From: Acholeplasmataceae bacterium
GTDB lineage: Bacteria > Bacillota_I > Bacilli_A > Acholeplasmatales > Acholeplasmataceae
Direction of reading: 5' to 3'
Assembly (NCBI GenBank): GCA_963667565.1
Contig: OY763415.1
Location: forward strand, 1,216,001 to 1,280,000
DNA length: 64,000 bases
Positions within the stretch are counted from its first letter, which is position 1, and each line of letters opens with the position of its first letter. The notes beneath the pieces are model-generated. The model saw only the letters and a list, made by a program, of their open reading frames with translations, did no database searches and was not told the origin of the DNA. The position numbers and the translations under genes were made by a program. This document shows positions 8,913 to 19,212 of this stretch, piece after piece.

Positions 8913-9575
8913 CTAAAATAGTGATGTGTTTTTATGCGTTCCTTGATTCATGAAAATAATCCATTCAGCGATATTAACCGCATGATCTCCAACACGTTCA
9001 AAATACTTAGCAACCATTAAAACATAGATGGCTTCATTTGCTTCAATTTTATCATTTTTAATTTCTGTTGTCATTCTATCAATCACTTTTTTAAATAGCT
9101 GATCGACTTCGTCATCTTGTTCTATGACTTTCTTAGCCATTTCTTCATCAACTTTGACTAAAGCTTTAATACTTTGAAGTACCATTTGTTCTACAACTTC
9201 TGCCATTTTAGTTGTAATCGGTAAAACCCTTAAGTTTCTCGTTTCATCTAAATGTAGCGTCATTTCAGCAATATCTGACGCATGATCACCAATACGCTCT
9301 AAATCAGTGATTAATTTTAGTATACCAGTAACGAGTCTTAAATCAGAGGCTAAAGGTTGTTCTTTCCAAATAATTTTTAAAGCCTGCTTAGCAATTTCTT
9401 CTTCATAATTATCAACTTCATCATCAGCTTTAATGACTTTTTTAGCCAAATCAAAGTCTTCAGTTTTAAATGCTTGTAAACCATCTCTTAAATTTTTTAA
9501 TGCTAGATCTGCCATTCCAGCAACATCTTTTTTTAATATTTCAATTGACTCTTGCAAAGATTGTCTGAGTGTCAT
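8913..9575 (-). CDS. phoU: Phosphate signalling protein PhoU
   Basis: QPLASDLR, DLERIGDHA, FERVGDHAVNIAE. Start moved to ATG 9575 behind AGGAGG. Confidence 0.95.
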   Translation of the reverse strand: MTLRQSLQESIEILKKDVAGMADLALKNLRDGLQAFKTEDFDLAKKVIKADDEVDNYEEEIAKQALKIIWKEQPLASDLRLVTGILKLITDLERIGDHASDIAEMTLHLDETRNLRVLPITTKMAEVVEQMVLQSIKALVKVDEEMAKKVIEQDDEVDQLFKKVIDRMTTEIKNDKIEANEAIYVLMVAKYFERVGDHAVNIAEWIIFMNQGTHKNTSLF

Positions 9576-9585
9576 ATAAATCCTC

Positions 9586-10341
9586 CTATCCAAATCTTCC
9601 TGTAATATAATCTTCAGTCTTTTGCTCTGTTGGTGTTGAAAACATTTTTGCAGTATCATCAAATTCAATAAGTTCACCAAGCAAAAAGAATGCAGTTTTA
9701 TCAGATATACGTGCTGCTTGTTGCATGTTATGTGTAACAATAACAATCGTATAGTCTTTCTTTAATTCTACAATTAAATCTTCAATTTTTGAAGTAGAAA
9801 CTGGATCAAGTGCTGAAGTTGGCTCATCCATGAGAATGACTTCTGGCTTCATAGCGATCGTTCTAGCTATACATAATCTTTGTTGTTGCCCACCAGATAA
9901 TGCAAGTGCTGAGTCTTTTAATCGATCTTTAACTTCATCCCATAAAGCAGCTTGTTTTAATGAAGTCTCAACAATTTCATCTAAATCTGCTTTCTTCTTT
10001 AATCCCTGACATCTAGGACCATAGGCAATGTTATCATAAATACTCATTGGAAATGGGTTTGGTTTTTGAAACACCATACCTACTTTGATTCGTAAATCAA
10101 TCACATCAAATTTATCTTGATAAATATCATCATTTTGATATCTTATATCGCCATTGATTTTACAAACTTTAATCAAATCATTCATTCGATTAAGACTTCT
10201 TAATAACGTTGATTTACCACAACCAGAAGGTCCAATTAGTGCTGTAATTTGTTTTTCAGGAATATCCATATTGATATTAAATAGTGCTTGTTTTTCACCA
10301 TAAAACAAATTCATATCTTTTATTTTAAATATATTATCCAT
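9586..10341 (-). CDS. pstB: Phosphate ABC transporter ATPase
   Basis: [44 protein letters not shown]. Confidence 0.97.
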   Translation of the reverse strand: MDNIFKIKDMNLFYGEKQALFNINMDIPEKQITALIGPSGCGKSTLLRSLNRMNDLIKVCKINGDIRYQNDDIYQDKFDVIDLRIKVGMVFQKPNPFPMSIYDNIAYGPRCQGLKKKADLDEIVETSLKQAALWDEVKDRLKDSALALSGGQQQRLCIARTIAMKPEVILMDEPTSALDPVSTSKIEDLIVELKKDYTIVIVTHNMQQAARISDKTAFFLLGELIEFDDTAKMFSTPTEQKTEDYITGRFG

Positions 10342-10349
10342 AGTTAACC

Positions 10350-11579
10350 TCACTTATTAAATCTTTTCATAAATCTAAATGTTAATAATTTAACAATCAT
10401 ATTAAGTATTAATACAACTGCTAGGATGATGATTGCTATTGTTGATGATAATGCAACATTAGGAATTTCAGCAGCCATGGCTGACCATATATGAACTGCT
10501 AGTGTTGTACCATTACTTGTTAGACTTACTTGATCTTTAACCACAACACCAATTGCAAATATTAATGCTGCTGATTCTCCAATGACTCTACCAATTGCTA
10601 ATAATGCTGCCGATAAAATACCTGGAGTTGCATTTGGTAACATAATTTTAAACGTGGTTTGTGTTTTATTTGCACCAAGTGCAAGTGATGCTTCTTTATA
10701 TTCTTTTGGTACAACATCAAGCGCTGTATCAGTTGCTTTAATAATAACTGGTAATACAATAACTGACATCGTCAATGCACCAGAAATTAAAGAACCACCA
10801 GTCACAACATCTGATCCAAACATTTTTATAACAAGAGGAACGAAAAATGCTGCTCCCATCAAACCATATACAATTGACGGGATACCAGTAAGCATATCTA
10901 TAAGACTTCTCATGATATCAACAATTTTATTTTGAGGTGCAATCTCATGCATATATAGTGAAGTGATGACACCAATTGGCATCGCAATCACAAGCGTTAA
11001 AGCAACGATATATAAAGTCACAATAATTGATCCTCTAATCCCTCCACCGGCTGTTGAAATTGGCAATGTTGAAAATGAAACAGCCATATCAAATGTTTGA
11101 CTTACTGTCTCAGCTCCGTCACTTGGATAGTAAGCAACTCTATTACCATCTATATCATAAATAAATCCTGCACTATTAATTAAATCACCTGCAACAATAG
11201 GTCGAACTTCACCTGAACTACTGTCAATTAATTGCTTTAATGGTGAGTCTTCATCAACATATGCAATTTTAATAAGTTTCTTACCTTCTAAAGATTTAGT
11301 ATCTTCTAAGACAATACCTAATCTTTGTGAAAAATACTGACCATCTTGCAACTCAGGTGCTGTAAATGAATAAGTTGTATAATCCACATGATCTAAAGAC
11401 TTAAGTGTGGATATCACAGTCGCATTATCACCTGTAATAATATCCCAATTTAATAATTGTAATCCTCTATCAAAAATGAAGAATAATATAGCACCAAGAA
11501 TAAGTACTGAAATCAATGAAGCTAAATATGTCACTGTTTTTGATATTGAATCAATGACTTTTCTATATTTATGTCGCAT
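10350..11579 (-). CDS. pstA: Phosphate ABC permease PstA with an approximately 125-aa extracytoplasmic insertion
   Basis: [34 protein letters not shown]. Confidence 0.92.
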   Translation of the reverse strand: MRHKYRKVIDSISKTVTYLASLISVLILGAILFFIFDRGLQLLNWDIITGDNATVISTLKSLDHVDYTTYSFTAPELQDGQYFSQRLGIVLEDTKSLEGKKLIKIAYVDEDSPLKQLIDSSSGEVRPIVAGDLINSAGFIYDIDGNRVAYYPSDGAETVSQTFDMAVSFSTLPISTAGGGIRGSIIVTLYIVALTLVIAMPIGVITSLYMHEIAPQNKIVDIMRSLIDMLTGIPSIVYGLMGAAFFVPLVIKMFGSDVVTGGSLISGALTMSVIVLPVIIKATDTALDVVPKEYKEASLALGANKTQTTFKIMLPNATPGILSAALLAIGRVIGESAALIFAIGVVVKDQVSLTSNGTTLAVHIWSAMAAEIPNVALSSTIAIIILAVVLILNMIVKLLTFRFMKRFNK

Positions 11580-12495
11580 AATATCTACTCATCCTTTTCT
11601 TAACAGCGTTTAGAATAAAATTAGTAATCAAAATAACGACAATTAAGACAATACCAATAGAAAATCTAATATCGTAATCTAGGCCTGTTGTTTCTTTGAT
11701 ACCAATCAAAATCGTTGATGTTAATGTTCTTGTTGTATCAAATAAACCAAATGATGGTCCGCTACCTGCGTTACCTGAAACCAATGAGACTGCAGTCGCT
11801 TCTCCAAGTGCTCTACCGACACCTAAAATAATCCCTGCAAATATCCCAGGTTTTGCAGCTTGGATACTAATCTTAAAATATGTTTGAGTTTCACTAGCTC
11901 CTAAAGCGAGTGACCCTTCTTCAATATTGCTTGGTACTGATTTAATCGCAGTCACAGATAGCATCGTAACAGTCGGTAAAATCATCATGGTTAAAACAAT
12001 TACAGTGGATAATGTGGATAGTCCCCCAGCTGTGGACACACCAAACATTGATGCTAATGCTTTAACACCAATAACGACATAACCACTACCAAAAACACCA
12101 AAGATGATAGATGGTATCGCGGCTAAAACTTCAACAACTGTATTTAAAATACCACCTATCCATTTATATGACATCTTCACAATAAAAAGTGCTGTCAAAA
12201 CGGCAATAGGTGTTGTTAATAATATAGATAAGAAGACAACATAAAGCGTGTCAATAATCACAAATCCAATTCTATATAGGGGCGCGTAATAACTGGTTCC
12301 GCTTATGAACAAGAAAAAGTTTACTGTTGTTCCATCATAATCATGGAAAAAAGGACGCACACCGCGCCCTGAAATTTCTCCTATGATTAAGATGATCATT
12401 GAAGCGGAAATGATTGTTGCTATTAATAAAACTATGGTAACAATTTTATTAACAATTTCATGTCGTTTCCTAATTGAACTCTTAATACTAGACAT
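11569..12495 (-). CDS. pstC: Phosphate ABC permease PstC
   Basis: LAAIPSIIFG, EGSLALGA, GRALGEATAV. Confidence 0.93.
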   Translation of the reverse strand: MSSIKSSIRKRHEIVNKIVTIVLLIATIISASMIILIIGEISGRGVRPFFHDYDGTTVNFFLFISGTSYYAPLYRIGFVIIDTLYVVFLSILLTTPIAVLTALFIVKMSYKWIGGILNTVVEVLAAIPSIIFGVFGSGYVVIGVKALASMFGVSTAGGLSTLSTVIVLTMMILPTVTMLSVTAIKSVPSNIEEGSLALGASETQTYFKISIQAAKPGIFAGIILGVGRALGEATAVSLVSGNAGSGPSFGLFDTTRTLTSTILIGIKETTGLDYDIRFSIGIVLIVVILITNFILNAVKKRMSRYYAT

Positions 12496-12506
12496 AACTT
12501 AACAGG

Positions 12507-13472
12507 TTAAGCTAATTCTGACCACTTAGTGATTGCCCCTTCATATAGTGATTTAAGTTGAGCAGCTGTAATATTTGTAATTGTAGTATTTGCATTGTTA
12601 ACAACAGCAACTACAGCATCCCAAGCTAATTGACCATATGAACCATTAACTGCAGTTAATTCATCTCCTGAGAAAGATCTTGAAGCAAATCCAATATCTA
12701 AACCAGCAGCAGCATCTTCTTTATCTGCACCTTGAACTCCATCATAAGCAGCACCTGAACCAACATGATTATGTTCAGCGATGAAACCTACTGTTTGTCC
12801 ACTTTCAGCTAATAATGAAGCGAATGCAGCACTTAATGCTTTAGCGATTGATTCAACTGAAGTTGAACCACCAAATTTAACAACAACACTACTTGTGTCT
12901 TGTGCAACTACTGGGTAGTTTGCTTTGACATCATCCCATGATTGATCAGCAGATGATGTTGATACAATACCACCATGATCTTTAATGATTGCTTTTCCAT
13001 CTGATGTTTCCATGAATGCTACAAATGCTTCAACAATTAAATTTGCTGTTGCATGTGAAGTTTGAGTTTCAGATGCTGCATCTCTAGTCATATACATAAA
13101 TGGACGTTTTAAACCATAAGTGTCATTTAATACGTTTGCTTCACTAGCAACAACACCTTCATATGATAAACCAGTTAATGTATCATCTAGTGCTGATAAT
13201 GAAATATATCCTAAACCGTATTCGTCGTTAGCAACTGCAGTCATCATTGCAGCGTTTGCTGCTACTTCAACATATGATGATACTAATACACTGTTATCAT
13301 CAACTGCATCACTAAAATCGATACCTTTGAAAAATGCTTCTCTAGTTCCTGATGTTGTATCACGTGTATATACGTTAACTGTTGACTCAGGATCAAATGC
13401 GTCTGCAGTGTTACATGCAGCTAAACTAACTAATCCAACTAAAACCAATGCGAATATTGCTATTTTCTTCAT
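12507..13472 (-). CDS. pstS: Phosphate-binding lipoprotein PstS, circularly permuted form
   Basis: Lipobox LAAC; RDTTSGTREAF, GYIS, GSTSV, DIGFASR, DAVVAVVN, ITKW. Start moved to ATG 13472. Confidence 0.9.
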   Translation of the reverse strand: MKKIAIFALVLVGLVSLAACNTADAFDPESTVNVYTRDTTSGTREAFFKGIDFSDAVDDNSVLVSSYVEVAANAAMMTAVANDEYGLGYISLSALDDTLTGLSYEGVVASEANVLNDTYGLKRPFMYMTRDAASETQTSHATANLIVEAFVAFMETSDGKAIIKDHGGIVSTSSADQSWDDVKANYPVVAQDTSSVVVKFGGSTSVESIAKALSAAFASLLAESGQTVGFIAEHNHVGSGAAYDGVQGADKEDAAAGLDIGFASRSFSGDELTAVNGSYGQLAWDAVVAVVNNANTTITNITAAQLKSLYEGAITKWSELA

Positions 13473-13537
13473 TATAATGTCTCCTTTTTTGTTCTTCACA
13501 TTCATTATATTGAAATTTGTCTACACAAAATACCAAT

Positions 13538-13570
13538 GATTAGTAATACTTATGTAAAATTTAAGTAAAT
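13538..13570 (-). promoter_or_regulatory. Probable Pho box upstream of pstS
   Basis: Three TTAC repeats at an exact 11-bp period (+ strand gtaa at 13543, 13554, 13565), upstream of TATAAT at 13509-13504. Confidence 0.6.
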
Positions 13571-13593
13571 GTCAATTTGTTTATTTTAAAAAC

Positions 13594-13623
13594 AAAAAAA
13601 CACTCTCAAATGAAAGTGTTTTT
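13594..13623 (-). terminator. Terminator after corA
   Basis: AAAAACACTCTCA-AA-TGAAAGTGTTTTT inverted repeat with T-tract on the minus strand. Confidence 0.7.
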
Positions 13624-13641
13624 ACATTAAAATTTACAAAA

Positions 13642-14655
13642 CTAAAACCATTTCTTCTTTTTGAAAAAGAATAACATACCTAATGCGATTAATAAAAATA
13701 ATACTGTAAAGATAATGACTGCATATTTTTGGTCTAAAATACCAAAATCATGAAAGTTCATCCCAAAGTATCCTGTCATAAAAGATAGAGGAATAAAAAT
13801 AGCTGAAAATAATGTTAAAGTTCTCATGATTTGATTCATCTTAGTTGATTGATTATTCATATGAAGATCAAGTAACTGACGCATCATATCTCTTGATTGA
13901 TTGAGTTTGACATCTAGTCTTTGTAAATGGTCTACTAAATCTTCAAAATAAGATTGATGTTCAGTATGCATAAGTGGTAATTTTCTAAGTAGCAATTTAT
14001 CTAATTGTTCATACATCGGTGAAATAATGTTTTTGAGTTGTAACATTTGCTTTCTTATTAAATAGAATGCTTCTTGTTCCATATCTTTTGATTCTAAAAT
14101 TTCTTCTTCAAATAATGTCATTTTACGATCAAGTGATTCAAACACATCTAAATGTTCATCAGTAATCATATCTAGAATGTGATAAAACAATAAATCGACA
14201 GAATGTGATTTGACTTCTTGATACTCTTTTAATAATGGAATGAGTGCATCTAGATATTCCGGTTTTGTTTCATGAAATGTAAGTACTGTGTTTTCTAAAT
14301 ATAACATACTCATGTAATCTTTTTTAATTTTATGTTCTTGATCAAAATATAAAACTGTAAAGGAACTAAATATATAGTTCTCCTTATATTCAAATTTATT
14401 TCTTTGATTCACACTTAAAATATCTTCCATAATAAATGGTTCAATTTGAAACATTGCCTGAATTTCCTTGAGCTTATCTAAATCGTTGAGCCCAACCACT
14501 TGAATGTAATTTTTAGAATCTTGTTTTTCTTGTAATTGATCATTTTCAATAAATACTTTTTCTGAATATTGATAATGATAAATTTTTGTTTGAACATTTT
14601 GAATTTGACCTTTATATATAAATGATTTAGGTTTATAGTATCTATCTAATTTCAC
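13642..14655 (-). CDS. corA: CorA-family Mg2+/Co2+ transporter
   Basis: Two C-terminal TM helices with the GMN motif (YFGMNF), QRNK, KKKKWF end. Confidence 0.92.
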   Translation of the reverse strand: MKLDRYYKPKSFIYKGQIQNVQTKIYHYQYSEKVFIENDQLQEKQDSKNYIQVVGLNDLDKLKEIQAMFQIEPFIMEDILSVNQRNKFEYKENYIFSSFTVLYFDQEHKIKKDYMSMLYLENTVLTFHETKPEYLDALIPLLKEYQEVKSHSVDLLFYHILDMITDEHLDVFESLDRKMTLFEEEILESKDMEQEAFYLIRKQMLQLKNIISPMYEQLDKLLLRKLPLMHTEHQSYFEDLVDHLQRLDVKLNQSRDMMRQLLDLHMNNQSTKMNQIMRTLTLFSAIFIPLSFMTGYFGMNFHDFGILDQKYAVIIFTVLFLLIALGMLFFFKKKKWF

Positions 14656-14667
14656 TTTATACCTTCT

Positions 14668-15555
14668 TTACTGATTCATTTTTTTAATCATATTTCTATA
14701 TGCTAAGTATAGCATGAGACAAGCAAATACAACAATACCAACGAATATCCAAGGCATTGAGATATCTAATCCAAATACACCAATAGGCATCATTCCGTAA
14801 TCTTCTTTAATGGCTAACATCGTCGCTTCATCATTTATATATGTAGATAATGTTGCCATAGGTGCTTCAAGTAATACTGTTTTAAGAAGAATAGCCATAT
14901 GCGTAAATGGAACAATAGATGCGATATTTTTAACTGAATTTCCTAATATCGTAAGTGGCATATAAATACCACTGACAAAACCTACAAATGTACCTAATAC
15001 ACCAGAAAGTGTACCAAATGCATTGACTGATTTAAGTAGCGTAGTGATATAAATCATGATTGATGAAGAAATAAATGTAAAAAATATGAGTAATCCACTC
15101 GTTTTTAAAATCACTGATAAACTATACCATGTGTCATTTAATAAACCTGCATAAAGGATAGTAACAACCCACATCAATATAGAAAGTGCACTTGTTACGA
15201 TGTTTGCTGCTAAATAATAACTCAAGATAATTTTATAACGTTTGGTTGGTGTCACTAAAAAAGCATCTAATGCATGATTGTTTAAGTCTTCAATGATATT
15301 GCCCATCATCCCTAATGATAAAGACATTGAATTGATTACCAAAACACCACCCATCATCACACCAATGACGAGCATTGATTTTAATGATTCATCTGTAAGT
15401 TGTTGCATACCACCATAACTGGTATATGATTTTCCAATAAACAAAAAATAGAGTGCAATTAAAATAAACACACTTAAGAATGAAAAGAAAACCGCTGTTT
15501 TGTCTCTTAAAAAGCGAATCATGTGTCTTTTAATGAGTGAAATGATCTCAAACAT
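14668..15555 (-). CDS. ABC-2 type exporter permease
   Basis: About 6 TM segments, DAFLVTP, FVSGIYMP; coupled to the ATPase upstream. Confidence 0.85.
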   Translation of the reverse strand: MFEIISLIKRHMIRFLRDKTAVFFSFLSVFILIALYFLFIGKSYTSYGGMQQLTDESLKSMLVIGVMMGGVLVINSMSLSLGMMGNIIEDLNNHALDAFLVTPTKRYKIILSYYLAANIVTSALSILMWVVTILYAGLLNDTWYSLSVILKTSGLLIFFTFISSSIMIYITTLLKSVNAFGTLSGVLGTFVGFVSGIYMPLTILGNSVKNIASIVPFTHMAILLKTVLLEAPMATLSTYINDEATMLAIKEDYGMMPIGVFGLDISMPWIFVGIVVFACLMLYLAYRNMIKKMNQ

Positions 15556-16453
15556 GTGCATCATCTCCAATCACGTGAATAAAGACATCATCCATAGTCC
15601 CTTTTATTACTTCAAAACTTTTCGTATATGGTCTTAATTGATTAAGTAAATCAAAAGTTTCTTCGGTTTCACTTACTTTAATGATAAATTGGTCTGCAAT
15701 TTTATCAAAACTGATTTGTTCTTTATTTAAAAAAGATAATAGTTCTTCTTTATGTTTAGCAACAACTTTGATTCTGTCAAAACTATATTGATCTTTTAAA
15801 GTTGCAGGTGTACCTTGTGTAATAATTTTTCCATGATTAATAATAATAACATGGTCAGCATTAGCAGCTTCTTCCATGTAATGAGTCGTTAAAAAGATAG
15901 TTAACCCTTTTTCTGATCTTAAGTGATCGATGACTTTCCAAACGACTTGTCGTGTCTCTGGATCAAGTCCTGTTGTTGGTTCATCTAAAAGTAGAAGTTC
16001 AGGATTAGAGAATAGAGCTCTTGCGATTTCTACTCTTCTTTTTTGTCCACCAGACAGTGTTTTAAATTTTTGATGTTCAAATGCTTCAAAATCCAAATAA
16101 GATTTTAATTCTTCATAGCGAGTTGTCACATCTTTTGGGTTATTTAAATATAAACTGCCTCTTAATATTAGATTTTCCTTCACAGTAAGTAAATCATCTA
16201 AAACATTATTTTGAAATACAACACCAATCTTACTTCTAAAATAGTTTGCATCACTCTTATCATTTAATAAAATACTACCCTCATCTTTTTTAAGCAGTGT
16301 AGTAATCATATTAATTGTTGTGGATTTACCTGCACCATTTGGCCCAAGAAATGCAAAAAGACTACCTCTTTTAACTTCAAAAGAAATACGATCAACTGCT
16401 TTTAATTCTTTATATGATTTTGAAACATCATTTACTTTTAATATTGCGTCCAT
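15548..16453 (-). CDS. ABC exporter ATP-binding protein (DrrA-like)
   Basis: GPNGAGKST, LSGGQKRR, LLLDEPTTGLD, TTHYMEEA. Confidence 0.93.
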   Translation of the reverse strand: MDAILKVNDVSKSYKELKAVDRISFEVKRGSLFAFLGPNGAGKSTTINMITTLLKKDEGSILLNDKSDANYFRSKIGVVFQNNVLDDLLTVKENLILRGSLYLNNPKDVTTRYEELKSYLDFEAFEHQKFKTLSGGQKRRVEIARALFSNPELLLLDEPTTGLDPETRQVVWKVIDHLRSEKGLTIFLTTHYMEEAANADHVIIINHGKIITQGTPATLKDQYSFDRIKVVAKHKEELLSFLNKEQISFDKIADQFIIKVSETEETFDLLNQLRPYTKSFEVIKGTMDDVFIHVIGDDAHV

Positions 16454-16467
16454 ATGCAACCCCCTCT

Positions 16468-17220
16468 TTATGGTTTAATAGCTAATGTAGCATAAAATGT
16501 TGGTATATGTAGTTTAGATAAATAACCTTCAATATTGTAGTCTTCATATATATCTTTAATGATAAATCCTGCTTTTAATTGACCACCGATTTGATCTTCT
16601 AACGTATGTGAAAATTGTATCCCACCATCAAAACTATCTAAAAATGCTTTTTGTTCTGGGTTTTTTAAAGGATTGTATGGGAATTTATGAATGATCGTTT
16701 TTTCATCTTCTCCGACCATGAAATTTACACCATTATCTAATCCTGATAACAATCTTCCACCTTTTTTTAGAACTCTAAAGGCTTCTTTAAAAACTGATTG
16801 AACATCTTCCATATAAACATTTGAAACTGGATGGAAAATCAAATCGAATGATTCATCTTCAAATGGTAATCGTTCCGTGACATCACCTTTTACAATATCA
16901 ATGTGATAGCCTTCTCTTTGCGAAACCATGCGTTCACTTTCAAGTTGTTTTGAAGACATATCGATAATCGTTACTTTAGCACCTAACGCAGCAAATATAG
17001 GCATTTGTTGTCCACCACCACTTGCAAGTCCTAAAATATGAATATCCTTAAATGGTAAAAACCAATGTTTAGGAACAGGGATTGAAGGCGTTAAAACAAC
17101 TTCAAAATTTCCTTGTTGTGCTTTTAGGTAAGTTTCATGAGAAATAGGAACACCCCACTCCCAACCTTCATCAACCCATCGATCAATTGTATTTGAGTTA
17201 TCTATAACATATTTTTTCAT
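16468..17220 (-). CDS. Class I SAM-dependent methyltransferase
   Basis: ILGLASGGGQQ motif I, LPFEDESFDLI, RVLKKGG. Confidence 0.88.
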   Translation of the reverse strand: MKKYVIDNSNTIDRWVDEGWEWGVPISHETYLKAQQGNFEVVLTPSIPVPKHWFLPFKDIHILGLASGGGQQMPIFAALGAKVTIIDMSSKQLESERMVSQREGYHIDIVKGDVTERLPFEDESFDLIFHPVSNVYMEDVQSVFKEAFRVLKKGGRLLSGLDNGVNFMVGEDEKTIIHKFPYNPLKNPEQKAFLDSFDGGIQFSHTLEDQIGGQLKAGFIIKDIYEDYNIEGYLSKLHIPTFYATLAIKP

Positions 17221-17299
17221 GCTTCACCTCAATATATAGTGTTATTTTACCATGATATATATTGAAATTTTATAAATTATATGTAAACAATCATTGATG

Positions 17300-17333
17300 T
17301 GATATAATAAAATCACTTTAGGACACTAAAGAG
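17300..17333 (+). promoter_or_regulatory. Extended -10 and HisR/YerC-type operator of the regulator gene
   Basis: TGATATAAT (17300-17308) followed by palindrome CACTTTAG-GACA-CTAAAGAG (17314-17333). Confidence 0.65.
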
Positions 17334-17352
17334 CAAAAGCGAGGTGCAATGT

Positions 17353-17649
17353 ATGGCTTATCAATCAAAATTTGCAAATAAAGAAATTGAATCATTGTTT
17401 AATGCGATTATATCGTTAGAATCAATCGAAGAATGTTATCGTTTTTTTGAAGATGTCTGCACAATTAAAGAAATACAGGATATGGCACAACGTTTTGAAG
17501 TGGCAGAGATGCTATTCAATAAAGATCCATATCAAATGATTACTTCTAAAACAAAAGCATCTACTGCAACTATTTCACGAGTATCTAAATCTTTAACATA
17601 CGGTGCTGACGGTTATAAACTTATATTTGATAAACAAAAAGGCAAGTAA
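17353..17649 (+). CDS. TrpR-like YerC/YecD (HisR) transcriptional regulator
   Basis: EECYRFFEDVCTIKE, MAQR, ASTATISRV, GADGY. Confidence 0.9.
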   Translation: MAYQSKFANKEIESLFNAIISLESIEECYRFFEDVCTIKEIQDMAQRFEVAEMLFNKDPYQMITSKTKASTATISRVSKSLTYGADGYKLIFDKQKGK

Positions 17650-17681
17650 AAATTGTCTTTTTTTACTTTTTATTAATTTAG

Positions 17682-17713
17682 TGCTTTACAATGCTAAAGT
17701 GTTAAAGTATAAT
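17682..17713 (+). promoter_or_regulatory. Promoter of the amino-acid ABC genes overlapped by a second HisR-type operator
   Basis: TTTACA-17 bp-TATAAT (17685-17713); palindrome TGCTTTAC-AATG-CTAAAGTG (17682-17701). Confidence 0.65.
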
Positions 17714-17735
17714 GAATTTACGAGGTGAAATAAAA

Positions 17736-18524
17736 ATGAAAAAATTACTAACTATTTTTGTATTAATGATGGGTGTATTTACACTCTCAGCATGCCAAAC
17801 TGAAATTCCAAATACATGGGCGGCTATAGAAGAAAGAGGATACTTTATTGTAGGACTTGATGATGCATTTGCTCCAATGGGTTTTAGAGATAATGATGGA
17901 AATTTAATTGGATTTGATGTTGATTTAGCTAAAGAAGTCGCAAATAGACTTGGTGTTGATGTTGTATTCCAACCGATTGATTGGGATTCTAAAGTTTTAG
18001 AATTAAACTCTGGATCCATTGATATGATTTGGAATGGACTTACGATTACAACTGAACGTGAATTAGAAATGAGCTTTTCAAATCCTTATTTATCAAATAG
18101 TCAAATGATTATGGTTAAAGCAGGTTCTACGATTGACACACTTGCTGATTTATCAGGTAAAACTGTTGGTGTTCAAATCTCAAGTGCTGCACAAGATGCA
18201 GTTGAAGCAAGTTCTATTTATGATTCATTAGGTAGTGTTATCAAATATGACAACTACAATCAAGCGCTATTAGAATTACAAAATAGTGTTATTGATGCCG
18301 TTGTTATTGATGAAATCATGGGTAGATATATTATCAGTCAAACGCCTAATTTATATGATGTTGCTACTGAAAACTTTGGCCAAGAAGAATATGGTATTGG
18401 TTTTAGACTAGAAGCTACTGATTTAAGAGATAAATTTAATGAGGTTTTAGCAGCAATGGTTGCTGATGGAACTGCAGCTACTATTTCTGAAAAGTGGTTT
18501 AACGAAAATATATTCCTTAGCTAA
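17736..18524 (+). CDS. Polar amino-acid ABC transporter substrate-binding lipoprotein
   Basis: Lipobox LSAC, GLDDAFAPMGF, GFDVDLAKE, IDWDSK, IWNGLTIT. Confidence 0.92.
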   Translation: MKKLLTIFVLMMGVFTLSACQTEIPNTWAAIEERGYFIVGLDDAFAPMGFRDNDGNLIGFDVDLAKEVANRLGVDVVFQPIDWDSKVLELNSGSIDMIWNGLTITTERELEMSFSNPYLSNSQMIMVKAGSTIDTLADLSGKTVGVQISSAAQDAVEASSIYDSLGSVIKYDNYNQALLELQNSVIDAVVIDEIMGRYIISQTPNLYDVATENFGQEEYGIGFRLEATDLRDKFNEVLAAMVADGTAATISEKWFNENIFLS

Positions 18525-19174
18525 TGGCTTATATTTTAGAAACGATACAATATTTACTTAAAGGTGCAAGTGTATCGACACTCATATTTGTTGTCACACT
18601 TGCCTTTTCTTTTCCTTTAAGTGTGATATTGTCTATCGTATATCGAAAAAATCTCATATTTAAAAAAATTGTTGCTTTTTATACGTGGTTATTTAGAGGA
18701 ACACCTTTAATGCTTCAACTCTTCTTCTTTATGTACGTTCTTCCTGCCATTCGGATTCCTACAGATCGTATGATGGTCGCATATATCACATTTATTCTTA
18801 ATTATGCTGCCTATTTCACTGAAATACTTAGAGCAGGTATAGAATCAATTGATAAAGATCAAGAAGAAAGTGCTGCAGTTTTAGGTGCAAATAAAAGACA
18901 AACATTTAGATTTGTTATATTACCTCAAGCAATAAGAAAAGAAATCCCAACCATTACAAATGAAGTGATTACTCTCATTAAAGATACATCGTTAGTGACA
19001 GTTATTGCCATCTCAGATTTGATGCGTAATGTAAAAGAGGTTGTTTCACGCGATTTTACATTATCTCCATTTGTATTAGCTGCTATATTCTATCTCATCT
19101 TTAGTTTTATAATTGTTAAAGTATTTAAGGCAATTGAAATAAAATATGACTTCATGGATAGTTATTCAATCTAA
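18524..19174 (+). CDS. Polar amino-acid ABC transporter permease
   Basis: FRGTPLMLQL, AAYFTEILRAGI, LIKDTSL. Confidence 0.93.
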   Translation: MAYILETIQYLLKGASVSTLIFVVTLAFSFPLSVILSIVYRKNLIFKKIVAFYTWLFRGTPLMLQLFFFMYVLPAIRIPTDRMMVAYITFILNYAAYFTEILRAGIESIDKDQEESAAVLGANKRQTFRFVILPQAIRKEIPTITNEVITLIKDTSLVTVIAISDLMRNVKEVVSRDFTLSPFVLAAIFYLIFSFIIVKVFKAIEIKYDFMDSYSI

Positions 19175-19212
19175 AAAAAACAAGGCATTAAGAGAGAGTG
19201 CCTTGTTTTTTT
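19175..19212. terminator. Bidirectional terminator
   Basis: AAAAAAACAAGGCAT...GTGCCTTGTTTTTTT between convergent genes. Confidence 0.8.
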
